Shown piece after piece: positions 1 to 11,700 of a stretch of 64,000 bases of DNA. The notes below the pieces were generated by a model. That model was not told where the DNA came from, made no database searches, and worked only from the letters and a program-made list of their open reading frames with translations. Position 1 is the stretch's first letter. Every line of letters starts with the position of its first letter. The position numbers and the translations under genes are program-made. The stretch comes from Protoeuglena noctilucae (taxonomy: Eukaryota): contig OY253688.1 of the NCBI GenBank assembly GCA_958009085.1, positions 496,001-560,000 on the forward strand. Reading direction: 5' to 3'.

Positions 1-1490
1 GGGTGGTTCCAGTGCGTGGCCTCCTCCAGGCACCGCGCGGCCATCGGGAGCATCTTGTTGGACGTGAATATCTGCTGCAGGTCGGCGACGCGGATGAAGC
101 GGGGCTCGGAGGGGTCGCGGCGGGTCCCCGTGCGGGACAGGGACTCGGTGCCCGCCTGCAGAGATGGACGGGGATGGGCGGGGATGAGCGGAGACACCAG
201 GTGCAGTGGGGGACATTCAGTTTGAGACGTATTGACAGCGAGGAGGTGGATGCAATCGGAGGAAATGGGCGTGAGCGATAAGAGGGTGCTCACGACACAT
301 GGCAAGCGCACCGCACTCCTACGAGACACCGAATGAGCGACGATGGCGCGCTCATGACACCCAGCCCAAGTCACACCTGGGACGGTGCGAGGGGGTCGCT
401 GCCCCCGCGCACGACCTCCGCCTTTTCGTCGATCGCGGACTCGACGGACAGAGCCACCCCGAGGCGGTCCTCCCGGCCGTCCAGGCCCACGGGATTGCGC
501 GTGAGGAGCAACGCGTGAACGACGTCCACCGACAGCGCCACGGGCACGTACGGGCGAGGGCACCCGAGGCTCCAGCTGAGGCGGCCCATGCAGCGGACGA
601 GCGCGTCCATCTGCGCTTTCGCTCCGGCGGTCAGGCGCCGCACGGGAGCCAGCGTCCCCGGTTGCATGCGCGGCGCCCGGGGCTGCGCGGGGGTGTGCCG
701 CATCGCCTGCACGTGCGCGAGCAGCCAGCGCAGGACGACGTGGCCGGGCGTGCCGCTACCGAAGGGGTCGGCGGGGGCGTCGGGCGCAGCGGACTCCGCT
801 GCAGCCAGGGCCGTGGGCAGCAAGCCCGGCAAACCCGAAGCCGCCGGCTGCACCGCGGACGGGCGGGCCTCGTCGGAGAACACGCGCACGGGCACCGCGA
901 CGGCCGTGTGACCGCCACGCGCGGGCGCGAAGGTCCCTTCGGTGCTGGGGCGCACCCACTGCAGCGTCGCCATGTCGAGCACGTGCATGTCCTGGAGGAG
1001 GAAGTCGCCCGCCGCGGGGCCCAGCACGGACGGCGCGAGCGCGATGGAGGTGTCCTGCCCCTTCTCCGCAGCCGCGTTCGTGGCCTCACTGCGGGAAGGC
1101 CGAGGCGATTGAAGGTAACTTGTAAAAGAGGGGCTGCGGCCGACGGTCTGCGCGCGCGCCGCCGCTTCGTCCCCACCTGAACATTTTCGGCCATATTTTG
1201 AAGACGCTTGGTTTCTGCTCGGACGTGCCAACGCCGCCGAGCAGGATGAGCTTGGCCCCTCCGCCGTACTGCAGGTCGACCGCGTCGGACAGCTCCCGCA
1301 GCAGCGTCTCAGCCACCTCCCCCGGTGCGACCGCCTTCGAGCCCTGTTCGAGCTCGTCCATCTCCGCCTCCATCGCGGGCCCCTGCGGGCGCAGGGGGGA
1401 GAAGGGCACGCACATGGAGCTGTCGCCCGCGGCTCCGCATCTGCCGCCGAACCAAACGCGGTGATAATGCAACCACTCGTTGATGGACAA
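1..1490 (-). CDS. Kelch-repeat-containing protein, multi-exon, partial (3' end runs off the window; 5' end uncertain, possibly up to ~2050)
   Basis: Spliced reading ...KLILLGGVGT|EATN...FLLQDMHVLDMATLQWVRPSTEGTFAPARGGHTAVAV shows kelch hallmarks (hydrophobic-GG, D-x-x-x-L-D...W, P-x-R-x-G-H-T). Exons at about 1-156, 376-1089 and 1226-1500 have GT/AG ends. Confidence 0.6.
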
Positions 1491-2231
1491 GATTACAAAC
1501 TACAGTGCTCAGCATCAGCTTCCCTACGAGCGCCACGGGCCGGAGATGGCCAGGGAACGCACACCCCTCGCTGGCGACGCGCACCGGGGGTCAGCGAGCA
1601 TGAGCTGGGGACTCACCCTGTCTACAATTCGCTCAAAGAGCCCCGTAACACGCTAGAACCCCTCGAGGTGCTGTAACGACGAGGTGCTAGCTGCGCGATG
1701 CCGCCGCTAGGGACTTGCGCAGCTTTGCGACGCCGGGGCGGCGAGCCGGCGGTGCGACCCTCCCTACAGTCGCAATTCCTAGTAACGATCCCTTGGTGCA
1801 ATTGTCAAAGAGACCTGTCCCAGCCTGGCGCCGAACCAGCTTGCGCACATGTTCGGGAGCTGTAGGTCCGGACCGGCGCGCTGGAGGCTGTGGCCGCGGC
1901 AAGCGACCGACCCCGGCCGCACGACAGCAATTCAAGGCTATCGGGGGAGCCTGCCCCCCACCTGTCGACCTGACTTTCCGGCAGCTCGCCTGAAACAGCG
2001 GCGCGTTTTCAATGAAATGCCATTCGCTCCGTCTCTTGCGTCGCATTTGTCGAATAGCTGCTGCAGGAGGCAGCTCTGTTTGCCTTTCCTTGACGATCTC
2101 AGTCACAGCATCGCAACGCGCCCAAAGAGCGGGATTTGGAAGGGCGGGTCAGTCAAGAGCAATTGTGTATTGACTGAGACGCTGTCGGAGCCCCGCGCAC
2201 ACGCTGCGCCGAGGCGGTTGGGTGACGGACC

Positions 2232-4192
2232 ATGCCGGCCACCGCCCCCGCCCCAAAGGGCATGCTCAAGGTGCGTCAGCCGCAGATTCGCCGACCACGT
2301 GGGCTTCACGTGATCTTCAACTCATCAGCTAGCGCTAGCGTGCGTCGTCGCGCCGCGCAGGGTCGCTGGCCGCGCGAGGGACCCTCGCTTCCGATGCAAC
2401 CGGTTGCTGCCCCGCGGCGCTCACCGAGGCACGCCTAGGCCGCAATCGTCCCCTACGCCGCTTCCTTACGTCGCAGGCCAATCAGAACCGGGTGCGCGCA
2501 TCGACGGCGCTCCAGACCAACTCGGTGTGGACGGACCTGATTGGCGTGAAGGAGCACGAGTGGAAGGGCAGCAATGCCGAGGTCGAGCGCTCCGTGGTGG
2601 CGCCCAAGATCAACAGGCAGGGGAAAGCAGGCGCGAGCAGGCAGCAGGCGGCGCAGGAGCTCCTGGAGAAGACGGGGGCGTTCGGGACGGGCAAGACGAT
2701 CGAAGAGATCATGGAGCTGGCGAAGGCGAGCGGCGCGGAGTCCATGTTGACGTTATCCGAGCTCAGTTTGACCGTGCGGCTTGACGGTCGCGATCCCGCG
2801 TGTTTCCGCAGAAGCGCGGGGCCATGGGCAACAAGACGTCGACGGTGGGCGTGTGCCGCAAGTGTGGGCTCACGGGTCACATGGAGCAGTACTGCCGCAA
2901 CGCGCTGGCGGACCTCCCGGGTCCGCTCTCGACCGAGGCGCGTGCGGCGGCGGCGGCGGCGGCCACGGGCCCTTCGCTGTCGGACATCACGCTCGACAGC
3001 GATGACTTCAGTGATGCTGAGGGCGGCCGTCGGCGGGACAGGAGTCACAAGGAGAAGCGGAGCAAGCGGGAGAAGAAGGACAAGAAGGAGAAAAAGGACA
3101 AGAAAGAGAAGAAAGAGAAGAAGCGCAAGCGTGGTGAGGGCATGCTGGAGTGACGCGGGATGGGCCATGATGCGATGCATAGATGAGTGCTGGTGCGCTG
3201 GAGGGCATAACGCGTGCCCGGTCGACGTATCGCTTGCAGAGAAGAAGCACAGGTCGAGGGAGAGGGATGAGAGGAGCAAGCGGCGGAGGGCGGGCGATGG
3301 TGCGGAGGACAAGCGAGGGGAGCCTTCGTCTGCGTCTGACTCAAGCGGTGGCCGGGAGCGACGGGGACGGTCCCGTTCCGCGTCCCTGTCCCGGTCGCGA
3401 TCGCAGTCGCGCTCTCCGCCCCGTCCGCGCGACGAGGGCCGGGAGCGCGGCGATGACGGCCGTGGGCGCGACGGGTGGGGAGAGCCGGGGCTGCCGAGGG
3501 GTGATGGGCGTGACCGGGGGGGCTGGGATGGTCGGGACGATCGCAGGGAGGCGGAGGCGAGATGGCGCCGGGATCGGGGTGGCGGGGACGAGCGGCGGGG
3601 GCGGGAGGAGCGAAACGGGTGGGGTTGGGATGAGGGCGAGCGGCGGGGGCGGGAGCGGCGTGACGGCGGTGGCAGGGACTGGGGCCGGGGTGCTCGTGAT
3701 GGCGGTGTCAATTGGGGTGAGGGAAGGGATTGGAGGGACGGGGGGGAGCGAGAGCGAGAGCGAGAGCGAGAGCGAGAGCGGGGGCATGACGATCGGGCGA
3801 GGGATTGGGGCAGGGACGAGCGCGATCGGGTGCGTGGATATGATGAGAGGGCTAGGAATGGGGAGAGGGACGAGCGGGCTGGGAGTGAAGAGGGTCGTCG
3901 GGACCGTGGGAGGCGGTCTGAGGATGGGGCGCGAGAGGAGCGGGCCCGGCCAGCGAGGGGTCATGGGTCTGGTTCCCATGATGACAGTGGCGAGGACGAC
4001 GGTGACGCGGCGGTGGAGGAGCACCTGCGGCGCGTGGCGGCGCGGGTGGAGGCGCAGGGCGGGGGGGGCACGACGGGCGGGGACAGGTCCGGCGACGAGA
4101 GACGGTCTGATCGGTCGCCGGACAAGCGGAGGGGCTCGCCGGGCGCGGCGGACATATTCAGCCGGCTCGGGCCACGCGCGGGGGACGCGTGA
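2232..4192 (+). CDS. CAX-interacting protein 4 (CXIP4)-like CCHC zinc-knuckle protein with K-rich and RS/RD-rich tail, 4 exons
   Basis: MPATAPAPKGMLK|ANQNRVRASTALQTNSVW resembles the CXIP4 N-terminus (MPATAGRVRMPANNRVHSSAALQTHGIW). Zinc knuckle CRKCGLTGHMEQYC is present. Introns ~2271-2477, 2726-2811 (GC donor) and 3134-3239 join in phase. TGA at 4190-4192. Confidence 0.8.
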
Positions 4193-4345
4193 GCGTCTTG
4201 TTTCAAACAGCTCAGCCTAGGGGCGCTTCTCAAGGCATTGAAGGCAGGAAATGACGCACAGTACGCGCCGGGCCAGTACAGCAACAAAGGCCATCCCCAA
4301 GCTGCGTTCAGCCGTTTTCAGCTGTGTTTGTGACACCTCTCTGCC

Positions 4346-6015
4346 TCACTGCAGCTCCTTGTCGAACTGGTAAACCCCGAGGCCCTTGCCCACGCGCCGG
4401 AGCTGGGACACGTACTTGGCCACCTGCAGTGCCAGTCGGGAGCATGTTATGAGGACGCGGTGTGAGGACGTGAGCAACTCGCACAGGATAGAAAGCAACC
4501 CTTTTTAGCAAGCCAAATGTGGGTCCATCCAAGCCATCGATTTGCTCTTTGCCAAGCATCTCTCATTGCCGAGCAGCACTCGCCTTGTTGACGGCGTCGA
4601 CCTGCTCGCTGAGCATCTCATCCACGAAGTCCTGCATCTGCGCGTCCCCCGCCTCCTCCGCCACCTGGTGCAGGTGCGTCAGCTTCTGCAGGTTGAGCTT
4701 CTCCAGAGCCAGCGCCATCTCCATCGCGTGCAGCGCCTCGCCCTTCTCAGCGTCGTTGAACTGCGATGGCCGGGGGCAGAGAGGTGTGTCCAGGCACACC
4801 CCACGCTAGCGGGTCACAGTCACCCTCACGGACCACCCAATGCACCTAGACACGCTCTACGCCAGTGCATCACAGTCACCCTCACAGACCACCATCTGCG
4901 TCCAGGCACACCCCACGCTAGTGAAACATCACAGTCAGCCTCATAGACCACCCCCTGCGCCCCACGCACCTCAGTGGCCGGCGCCGTGATGGGCAGCAGC
5001 TTGACGCGACCCCCGCGGACGTTCTGGTAGTCCATCAGCTGCAATCGAAGCACGGTATCGCGGCGTCAGTCACGAGGCGCGACGCACGCATCGCATCAGC
5101 GCGGGAAGGCAGGGCAGGCACACGCGCTAGCCCGGGCGCCACCCTTGCCTGCTCAGCGTGCTCGCGCTCCTCGACCGAGCTGTCCTTGAAGAACTTGGCG
5201 AAGCCCGGCAGCCCGACGTTGTCGCGGTCGAAGAAGGAGTAGAGGCTGTGGTAGATGTAGGAGATGTTGTACTCGATGTTGATCTGCTCATTGATGGCCG
5301 CCTCGCACGACGGCTTGAAGTCGACGCGGCCCAGCGACTCCGAGACCTCGTTCGTCTTCCGCACCGTGGCCAGCTCGTTCTGCGCCTGCGGGGAGTAGGA
5401 CGGGCGGGCCGGAGCTCGGGAGCGCTCGAGCGGGCGGGGCTCGTCCGGCGACCAACCAGCAGGAGTCGCGGCGCCTGCGTCATCCTCGTCGCGTCGGTCG
5501 CGGTGGACAAGCTAATAAGAGCTCTATGGATCGTGAAGCTGATACAAATGAATTGGTTCGAGCCCCCCACGCGGCGCGACGCCCCGGCCAAGTCCTGAGC
5601 AGTGCGCCCCACCTCCTTCCCGCCCATGCTCTCGAAGACGACCCCCGTCAGGTCCTGCTGCTTCTCCGACTGGGCCGAGATGCGCGAGTACCCGTTCTGT
5701 GCGCGAAGAGATCCCCGCCGCCTGCGGGCGGGAGGGGGGGTGCGGAACCAAGTCCGCTTGGCGCCACCGGGCAGCCGATGGTCCCCGCCGCCCGTCCACG
5801 CTACGCAAAGCATTCGACGGAGCCAGCGATTGCGGGCAGAGCGGTGGAAAAGGGAGGAGGGACATGAAAGGAACAGAAATTGAACCGGGTCGCCCCTCGC
5901 AGGCTGGAGAGGCCGTCCGGGATCCTGTGCGACACATGAAGCCCCTCGAACTCGCGCACCTGCTCAGGGAGGAGATCGCCGCGAGCGGCGAGGCAAGCCC
6001 GAAAGCCGCGCTCAT
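4346..6015 (-). CDS. FER: Ferritin, plastid-targeted, 6 exons
   Basis: Transit-like [26 protein letters not shown]..., then [92 protein letters not shown] and [22 protein letters not shown]. These are plant-type ferritin motifs including the ferroxidase residues. Confidence 0.95.
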
Positions 6016-6362
6016 TTCTCCGCGATCCGAGGAGCTTAGCGTCGAAGTGCGTGCGATTCACAGCGTACTATCGATGGCAGGAGTTGACGGCGAGGAGTTT
6101 TGGGCTGGAAGAGATAAAGACCCCATTTTCGGTCTGGCGTGCGCCAGGCGCGCCCGCGGCGGGCGCGAAGCACGGCACTGGCCGCACACAATTGATTCCG
6201 GCGTCGGCCTCGCCGTCGATGTGCTTGCGCAAGCTTCGGGGCCACGCGCCCCAGTCGGGCTCCGAAGGCGCACACCTACAGCTTCGTCCCGGCAGCACCA
6301 ACCCCCGCAGCCCTGCCATTGAACGACGGTCCTGTCGCTGCGGAATCAGTAGCTGCGAGCTG

Positions 6363-6440
6363 CACGTGCTCGGATGCGTCGGCAGGCGCGACCTGACCCT
6401 TTGCATACCCCGGCATGCGAGGCGTGCTCTCCGCAAACAC
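6363..6440 (-). repeat. ~78-bp direct duplicate of the last coding bases of the pLGIC gene (other copy at 8770-8847)
   Basis: cacgtgctcggatg(c/t)gtcggc...ctgaccctttgc...ccggcatgcg(a/t)ggcgtgctctccgcaaacac occurs at both positions with about 6 mismatches. Both copies encode VFAESTPRMPG(Y/N)AKGQV(A/V)PAD(A/T)SEHV. Confidence 0.9.
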
Positions 6441-6836
6441 AAGCACCAGGGGACATTTCAGACCTTGCGTGTCCTTCTTCAATCCAGCCCGCACAATGCC
6501 ATGCATGCATGTCCTGCACCCATGCCCAGACACGAGCGCCTTTGCTGCACGCTCGTCGTTGGGGTGGGTCGGAGGCCGCAGCGCTCGAGCCCCAGCGCCG
6601 ACACCTGCCCCGGCTGCGGGCGGAGGACACGGGCTGGGTGTTCAGGGCAGGGTGAGGGCTACGGAGTGACGAGGGTCGGCTGTGTGCGAGCGGCAAACGT
6701 CACGCAGGCGACGGCAGGGCAGCCGCAGCCGATGTCCAAACCCTGTCACTTCCGCACCCACCTGCACGGCTTACACACACTTTGCACCACGTGACACGCG
6801 CTATGCCTCCCTAACCCCCCCACCTGGCACCCGCGG

Positions 6837-8120
6837 TCAGATGGCCTGGCCACCGCTGCTCTTAGCCCGCAGCTCCTGCACTACGCGCTCCACAAGCCCC
6901 GGCTCCCCGCCCGCGTTGACCAGGTCCGCGCCGCGGTCGGCCACCCGCAGCACCGCCTCGGCTTTGTGCGGCAAGCTTTTTGCAGCAACGCAGATGGGCG
7001 TCCTGCCCTCCCCATCGCGCGCCTCCAGGTCCGCCCCAGCGTCCAGCAGCAGGTCCACACACGCGGCGTGCTTGACCACGTGCAGGGGCACCTGGCCTGC
7101 TGCATTGGCAGCGCTGACGTCCGCCCCCGCCGCCAGCAGCAGCCGCGCCATCTCCACCGCTCGCTTTCCATCGTCACATTCCATCGCGCCGTGGAGAGCC
7201 GTTTGAGCATGCCGACCTCTGTGATGGACGTCCGCGCCCAGCTCGATCAGAGCACGGACAGCGTCGATGTGGCGAAAACAGCATGCGACTTGAAGTGGGG
7301 CATTGTCGTCCCCCTCGCCCTGGACACTCACCCCACGCGCCGCCAGCCACCGCACCACCTCCCCATTCGCCGCGACATGCATCGCGGTATAACGCTCGCT
7401 GCCCGTGGTTGTCGCATTGGCCCCCAGCTTTATTAGCGACTCCATAACGGGCACGTTCCCACCATGCGCTGCCCAGTGTAGGGCTGAACAACCGTAGCTA
7501 TCCGCTCCATTCACGTCCGCCCCCGCCTCCACCAGCCGCCTCACGATGCCCGGCGTTGGACGACCTCTGCATACCGCTGCCAATGTCTGGTCCCGGCCAT
7601 CTTCCCCGACCTTGGCCGACGCCCCCGCCTCCAGCAGCGCCTCCACTACCGCCTCGTGACCCCAAACCCGGCATGCACCAACGCCGTCCACCACCCGTCA
7701 GTGATGTATCCTCCCTGCGCATCCACCTCCGCCCCCGCTGCCAGGCACGCCTTGACCGCCTCCAGGCAGCCCCGCGCCGTGCAGCATGACATCAGAGGCC
7801 ATGCTCTATATAGCTGCCGGTTGACGTCCGCCCCCATCGCCACCGCCACCCGCACCGCCCGCGCCACCTCCGCTTCCCCCAGCGCGTACACCCACTCCAG
7901 CCTCCCATCTGCCCCGCACCCCACTGGCCGCCGCACCCACACCGCCACCATCAGCGGCGACAGGACCATGTTCCAGTCCTCGCGCACGGCCCAGAACATC
8001 CCGTTAATGTCCGGCCCCTCCGCCACCAGCACCGCCAGCCACCACAGCCCCAGGCTCGCCCAGTGGTGCGCATGGGACCTGCCATGCGCGTACACCACCA
8101 GCGTGTCCGCCCGCCATCGC
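6837..8120 (-). pseudogene. Intronless ankyrin-repeat gene with a 1-nt frameshift near 7664 (pseudogene or sequencing error)
   Basis: Ankyrin repeats (GCSALHWAAHGGNVPVMESLIKLGAN, PLQVACCFRHIDAVRALIELGADV, LLAAGADVSAAN) are split across ORFs 7646-8254 and 6837-7694. TALVHAG..WGHEAVVEALLEAGA joins only if one base is added at GGGTTTGGGG. Start codon uncertain. Confidence 0.7.
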
Positions 8121-8766
8121 ACCCTCGTCTGCGGACACGCAAGCCGCGCACCGTCACGACTGCCCAGGCGCGCCCCCGTTCCACCACCGCAACCGCGGCG
8201 TCGGAGGCCTCGCGTCCGGCCCCGTCCTGCCAAGCCCCTGCGCGTCCCACTCACGCGTCCTGCTCCCGGCCCCCTCGGCCCCCGAACGATGCGGCGCGGC
8301 CGCAGACAAGTCTCGAGCTGCGAGACTTGAGAAGGCCGTCCTAGCTCACTTTGCTCGCTCGCTCGCGACCGATGGCTCGGGCTCGCATCCGACGTCTCGC
8401 GAGATGTGCGCTGCGTCGGGACCGAGCCGTTCGGGCCTCCCGAACGGTCGGAGGGCCGCGCGGGGGAGGCCCCGTGTCGGTTGCGCGCCAGGCCTGCGAT
8501 GCCCGCCGTCTGCTCTGCGTCGATGCGCGCGCCGGCCGGGCTATCCGTCAGAGCATGTCATCGATCGGCAAGCTGCACGTGACATCGCCCAGGGAGACGC
8601 GCAGGGAGCCGACTGCACGCGCGTCTTTGCTTTGCTTGCTTGCCCGCGAGCCCCGTCGATGGGCTGGCCGGCCGCGGCAATGCATGGCTGCATTCAAACC
8701 CTGCCTCATGCGAACTGATTTCTGCCGCTGCGTCACACTTTAGCTGCATGGCTCGCCGCGCATTCC

Positions 8767-11700
8767 CTACACGTGCTCGGATGTGTCGGCGGGCACGACC
8801 TGACCCTTTGCGTTCCCCGGCATGCGTGGCGTGCTCTCCGCAAACACCAGGTGGCACCCGTAGGCGAGCGGTTCCCACTGCTGCAGGTCCACATCCCACT
8901 CCACCAGAACTGCGAGCAGCGTGACACATGTGCACGCTCCACATAGACCCCACGCGCCGCAGCGAAGGCGAGGCGGTGGCCGAATGCGGTCCCGGGTATC
9001 CACTAATCCATGCCCTCGCATGTTCTCTTGCAATCCATCCCTCGCCCGCACACCAGCCCACCACTCACCCTCTCCCATCGTCGCGTTGAACTGCAGCACC
9101 GTCCCGACAGCCCCGGCCTCCACCCGCCGGAACTTGCGTTTCGCTCCGGCCGTCGCGACCGTTGTCGCCCCCGACACATGCGACGGCTGCGAGCCCGCCG
9201 CAGAGCCCCCTCCCATGCCCCGTGCCCCCCCGTGGCCCTTCCTCGCCACCGACGGCCCGGGCATCACCTTCATCCCCGCCCACGCGGCCGGCAGGCTCAG
9301 CAGCGTGACGAGCGCCCCGTGCTGCGGCCGTGTGGTCGCAGGCAGCGGGGGGTCCGCCAGCGCCAGCTGGTACCTCGGTCGGTCGTTACGGGGCTCTCCA
9401 ACGCAGTACGCCGCGAGGGTGCCGTCGTCCCACAGCACCTTCCACCACTTGCTGTTCTCTCCCCGCTGCACGAGCGTCCCTGTGACGTGGTCGGGCGGCA
9501 CGTAGGAGCAGTCTTCCCGGTCGTCACTGAGGACCACGCGGAGGCCCCGGACGGCCGTGTCGAAGCGAACTGCGGGGGAGGAGGGTGGGGGTGAGAGGAG
9601 TGATGGGGCGCATTGCGAAGGCGAGAGAAATAAGGAAGCGCACTGCGGGGAAGAGGGTATGGGTTGCCAAGGGTGGTGCAGCGCACTGCGAGAGTAAAGA
9701 ATGGTGAGCAAGAGGCGTGTGGTGAATGGCGAGGACATTGTAGGGAAGAGGCGGGCAACAACCAAGGTGCCAGACCAAGCGTCAGTATCACGCTCCCCGT
9801 CCTCAGCTGCCACCACCCATGCGCATGCGAGAGAGCCAGCTCCCTCACCGACCATCCCAGGCAGGAAGTCCCCACGGCTCTCCAACCCCAGCCCCGCGCC
9901 GACCAGCTCCGCAGTCTTGTAGAACCAATAGGCCCCGTTCGTGTCGCTCTTGACCACCACGGGCAGGCTCTTGTGCATCATCACGTGCACCACGGTGCCG
10001 GAGACCCCAGGGGCTAAGCACCCGAGCTGCCCCACGCCGGCCGCCTCGAACCACCGAGGAGCGATGGTCACGCGGCACCCGACTTTAGCCACCGCCTTGC
10101 TCTGGGCCACCCCCTCGCGCGTGAGCCGCTGCAGCACGGGCCACACCGGCTCCATCTGCAGCCGCTTGGACTGCAGGATGGGCACGAGGGCTGACCAGAA
10201 GGCGCGCTCGTCTCGCTTCTGGTCGAACGGGTCCATCCGCATCGCTGTCTTGCCGGTCAGGCGACCCTTGTCGTCCGTCTCGGCCTCTGCAATGGGGGAG
10301 CGTGGGTTGGATGGTAACGATTGGCTCAAACGCTCACCCAGCATACCTCTCCTAGTAAAAGCGGCGATGGCTTGACAAACACATGGCCGATGCAGTCACG
10401 TCTCACCAAACACCTTGTTGAAGTGGTGTGGCTTGTTGCCCTCCTCGTCCTCCTCCACCTCTTGCGCCTCGAGGCGCTTCGCCCCACCCTCCAGTGCCAC
10501 GGCCGCCCGGTCGCACCCGTTCTCCAAATCGGCCTTGCGCAAGTCGAGGGGCACGTAGATGGTAGATAGACCAAGCGTGAGGAAGGCCAGGGTGGCCGCG
10601 AACCACCGGCGGACGGTGCGGCGAAGGTGGCTGGCGCGGCCGAGCTGCGGGGTGGGGGCGAGGAGAGGAGGGGTTGGTGGGTAAGAGGCGATGAGGGGTG
10701 GGGACGAGGAGGGTGTGGTGGTTGGTTAAAAAGCGATGAGGGGTAGGGCCAAGGAGGGGATTCTGAAAGGCGATGAGGAATGGGGACAAGGTGACATTGA
10801 CCTCTCAGCAAGCATGCTACCAGTCTCACCTTGTTCTCCCTGGCAACTACAGTGGTAGCGCAACCTCGCAGCGCACTTCCAGTCTCACCTTGTCCTCTTC
10901 CCTGGCAATCACGTTGGCCACCGGTATCTCCTCCCCATCAAAGACCTCCTTGGCGATCTTCTCGAAGCAACGGCTGGCGTAGCCACGGACGGAGAAGGCA
11001 GACCAGTACCGGCTGCGATGGCGCGAGCATGGAAGTGTGTGGGAGTGACAGGCAACAGTACAGGCATGCACGGATTGTGTGCCGCATGTGTGGGCTGACA
11101 ACGCAGTCGCCGCACATGAAATATAGTTGCATGGCTGCGAACCACCGCCCCTCACCTGAGCTTGAAGTAGTTGGCGCCTCCCTGACTCAGCAGCCTGTCC
11201 CGTGGGTCCCAGTCGCGGTAGATGTGCTCGTGGCTGTCCACGATATGCCGCATGGCTGCCGCCACGCGCCGCTTCAGCTCCACCACCTTAAAAGCCGTCT
11301 GCAGCTCGTGCATCTTGACCGCGTTGTACACCTGCGGGCGAGATACAAGAGAGAGAGGGTGAAGAGAGGTGCATACGGTGTCGCCCAGCGTCGCGCATTG
11401 CACAACGGCGGGCGAGTCACGAGCGTGCTCAGACCATCGCGCATCCCTCTGATTAAGAAATGCTTCAGAAGGCTCCTTGTACTGCAATGGTTATGGCACA
11501 TAGTTATGGCATCGCTCAAACCGCTAGCACTCCTGCACCTCCGCACTCACCTGCAGCACGATGCCGGCGTGGATGTCGCCCGGGTCCCCGTTCTCCTGCA
11601 CTCGCTCCCGGAACTGCGCGAGCTCGATGATGGACTGGTCGACGATGCCCAGGGACTCGACCCAGGCCTGCATGACGGTGACGGCCGTCTCGCAGGCCAC

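Noticed and set aside
2482..3711. 409-aa antisense ORF over the CXIP4-like gene, and many similar antisense ORFs across the window
   Set aside because: Shadow ORFs from high GC and codon bias, with no recognisable motifs or independent splice structure.
1616..8770. Possible TAG/TAA=Gln genetic code (as in some ulvophytes): most conserved genes end in TGA, TAG at 8767 aligns with CAG in the duplicate, and there is a TAG in a putative exon near 1655
   Set aside because: No in-frame TAA/TAG in any conserved domain I translated (ferritin, UFD1, G6PD, CysRS, PsaL), and TAG sits at plausible termini of CysRS, PIG-X-like and paralog B. A TGA excess is expected at high GC.
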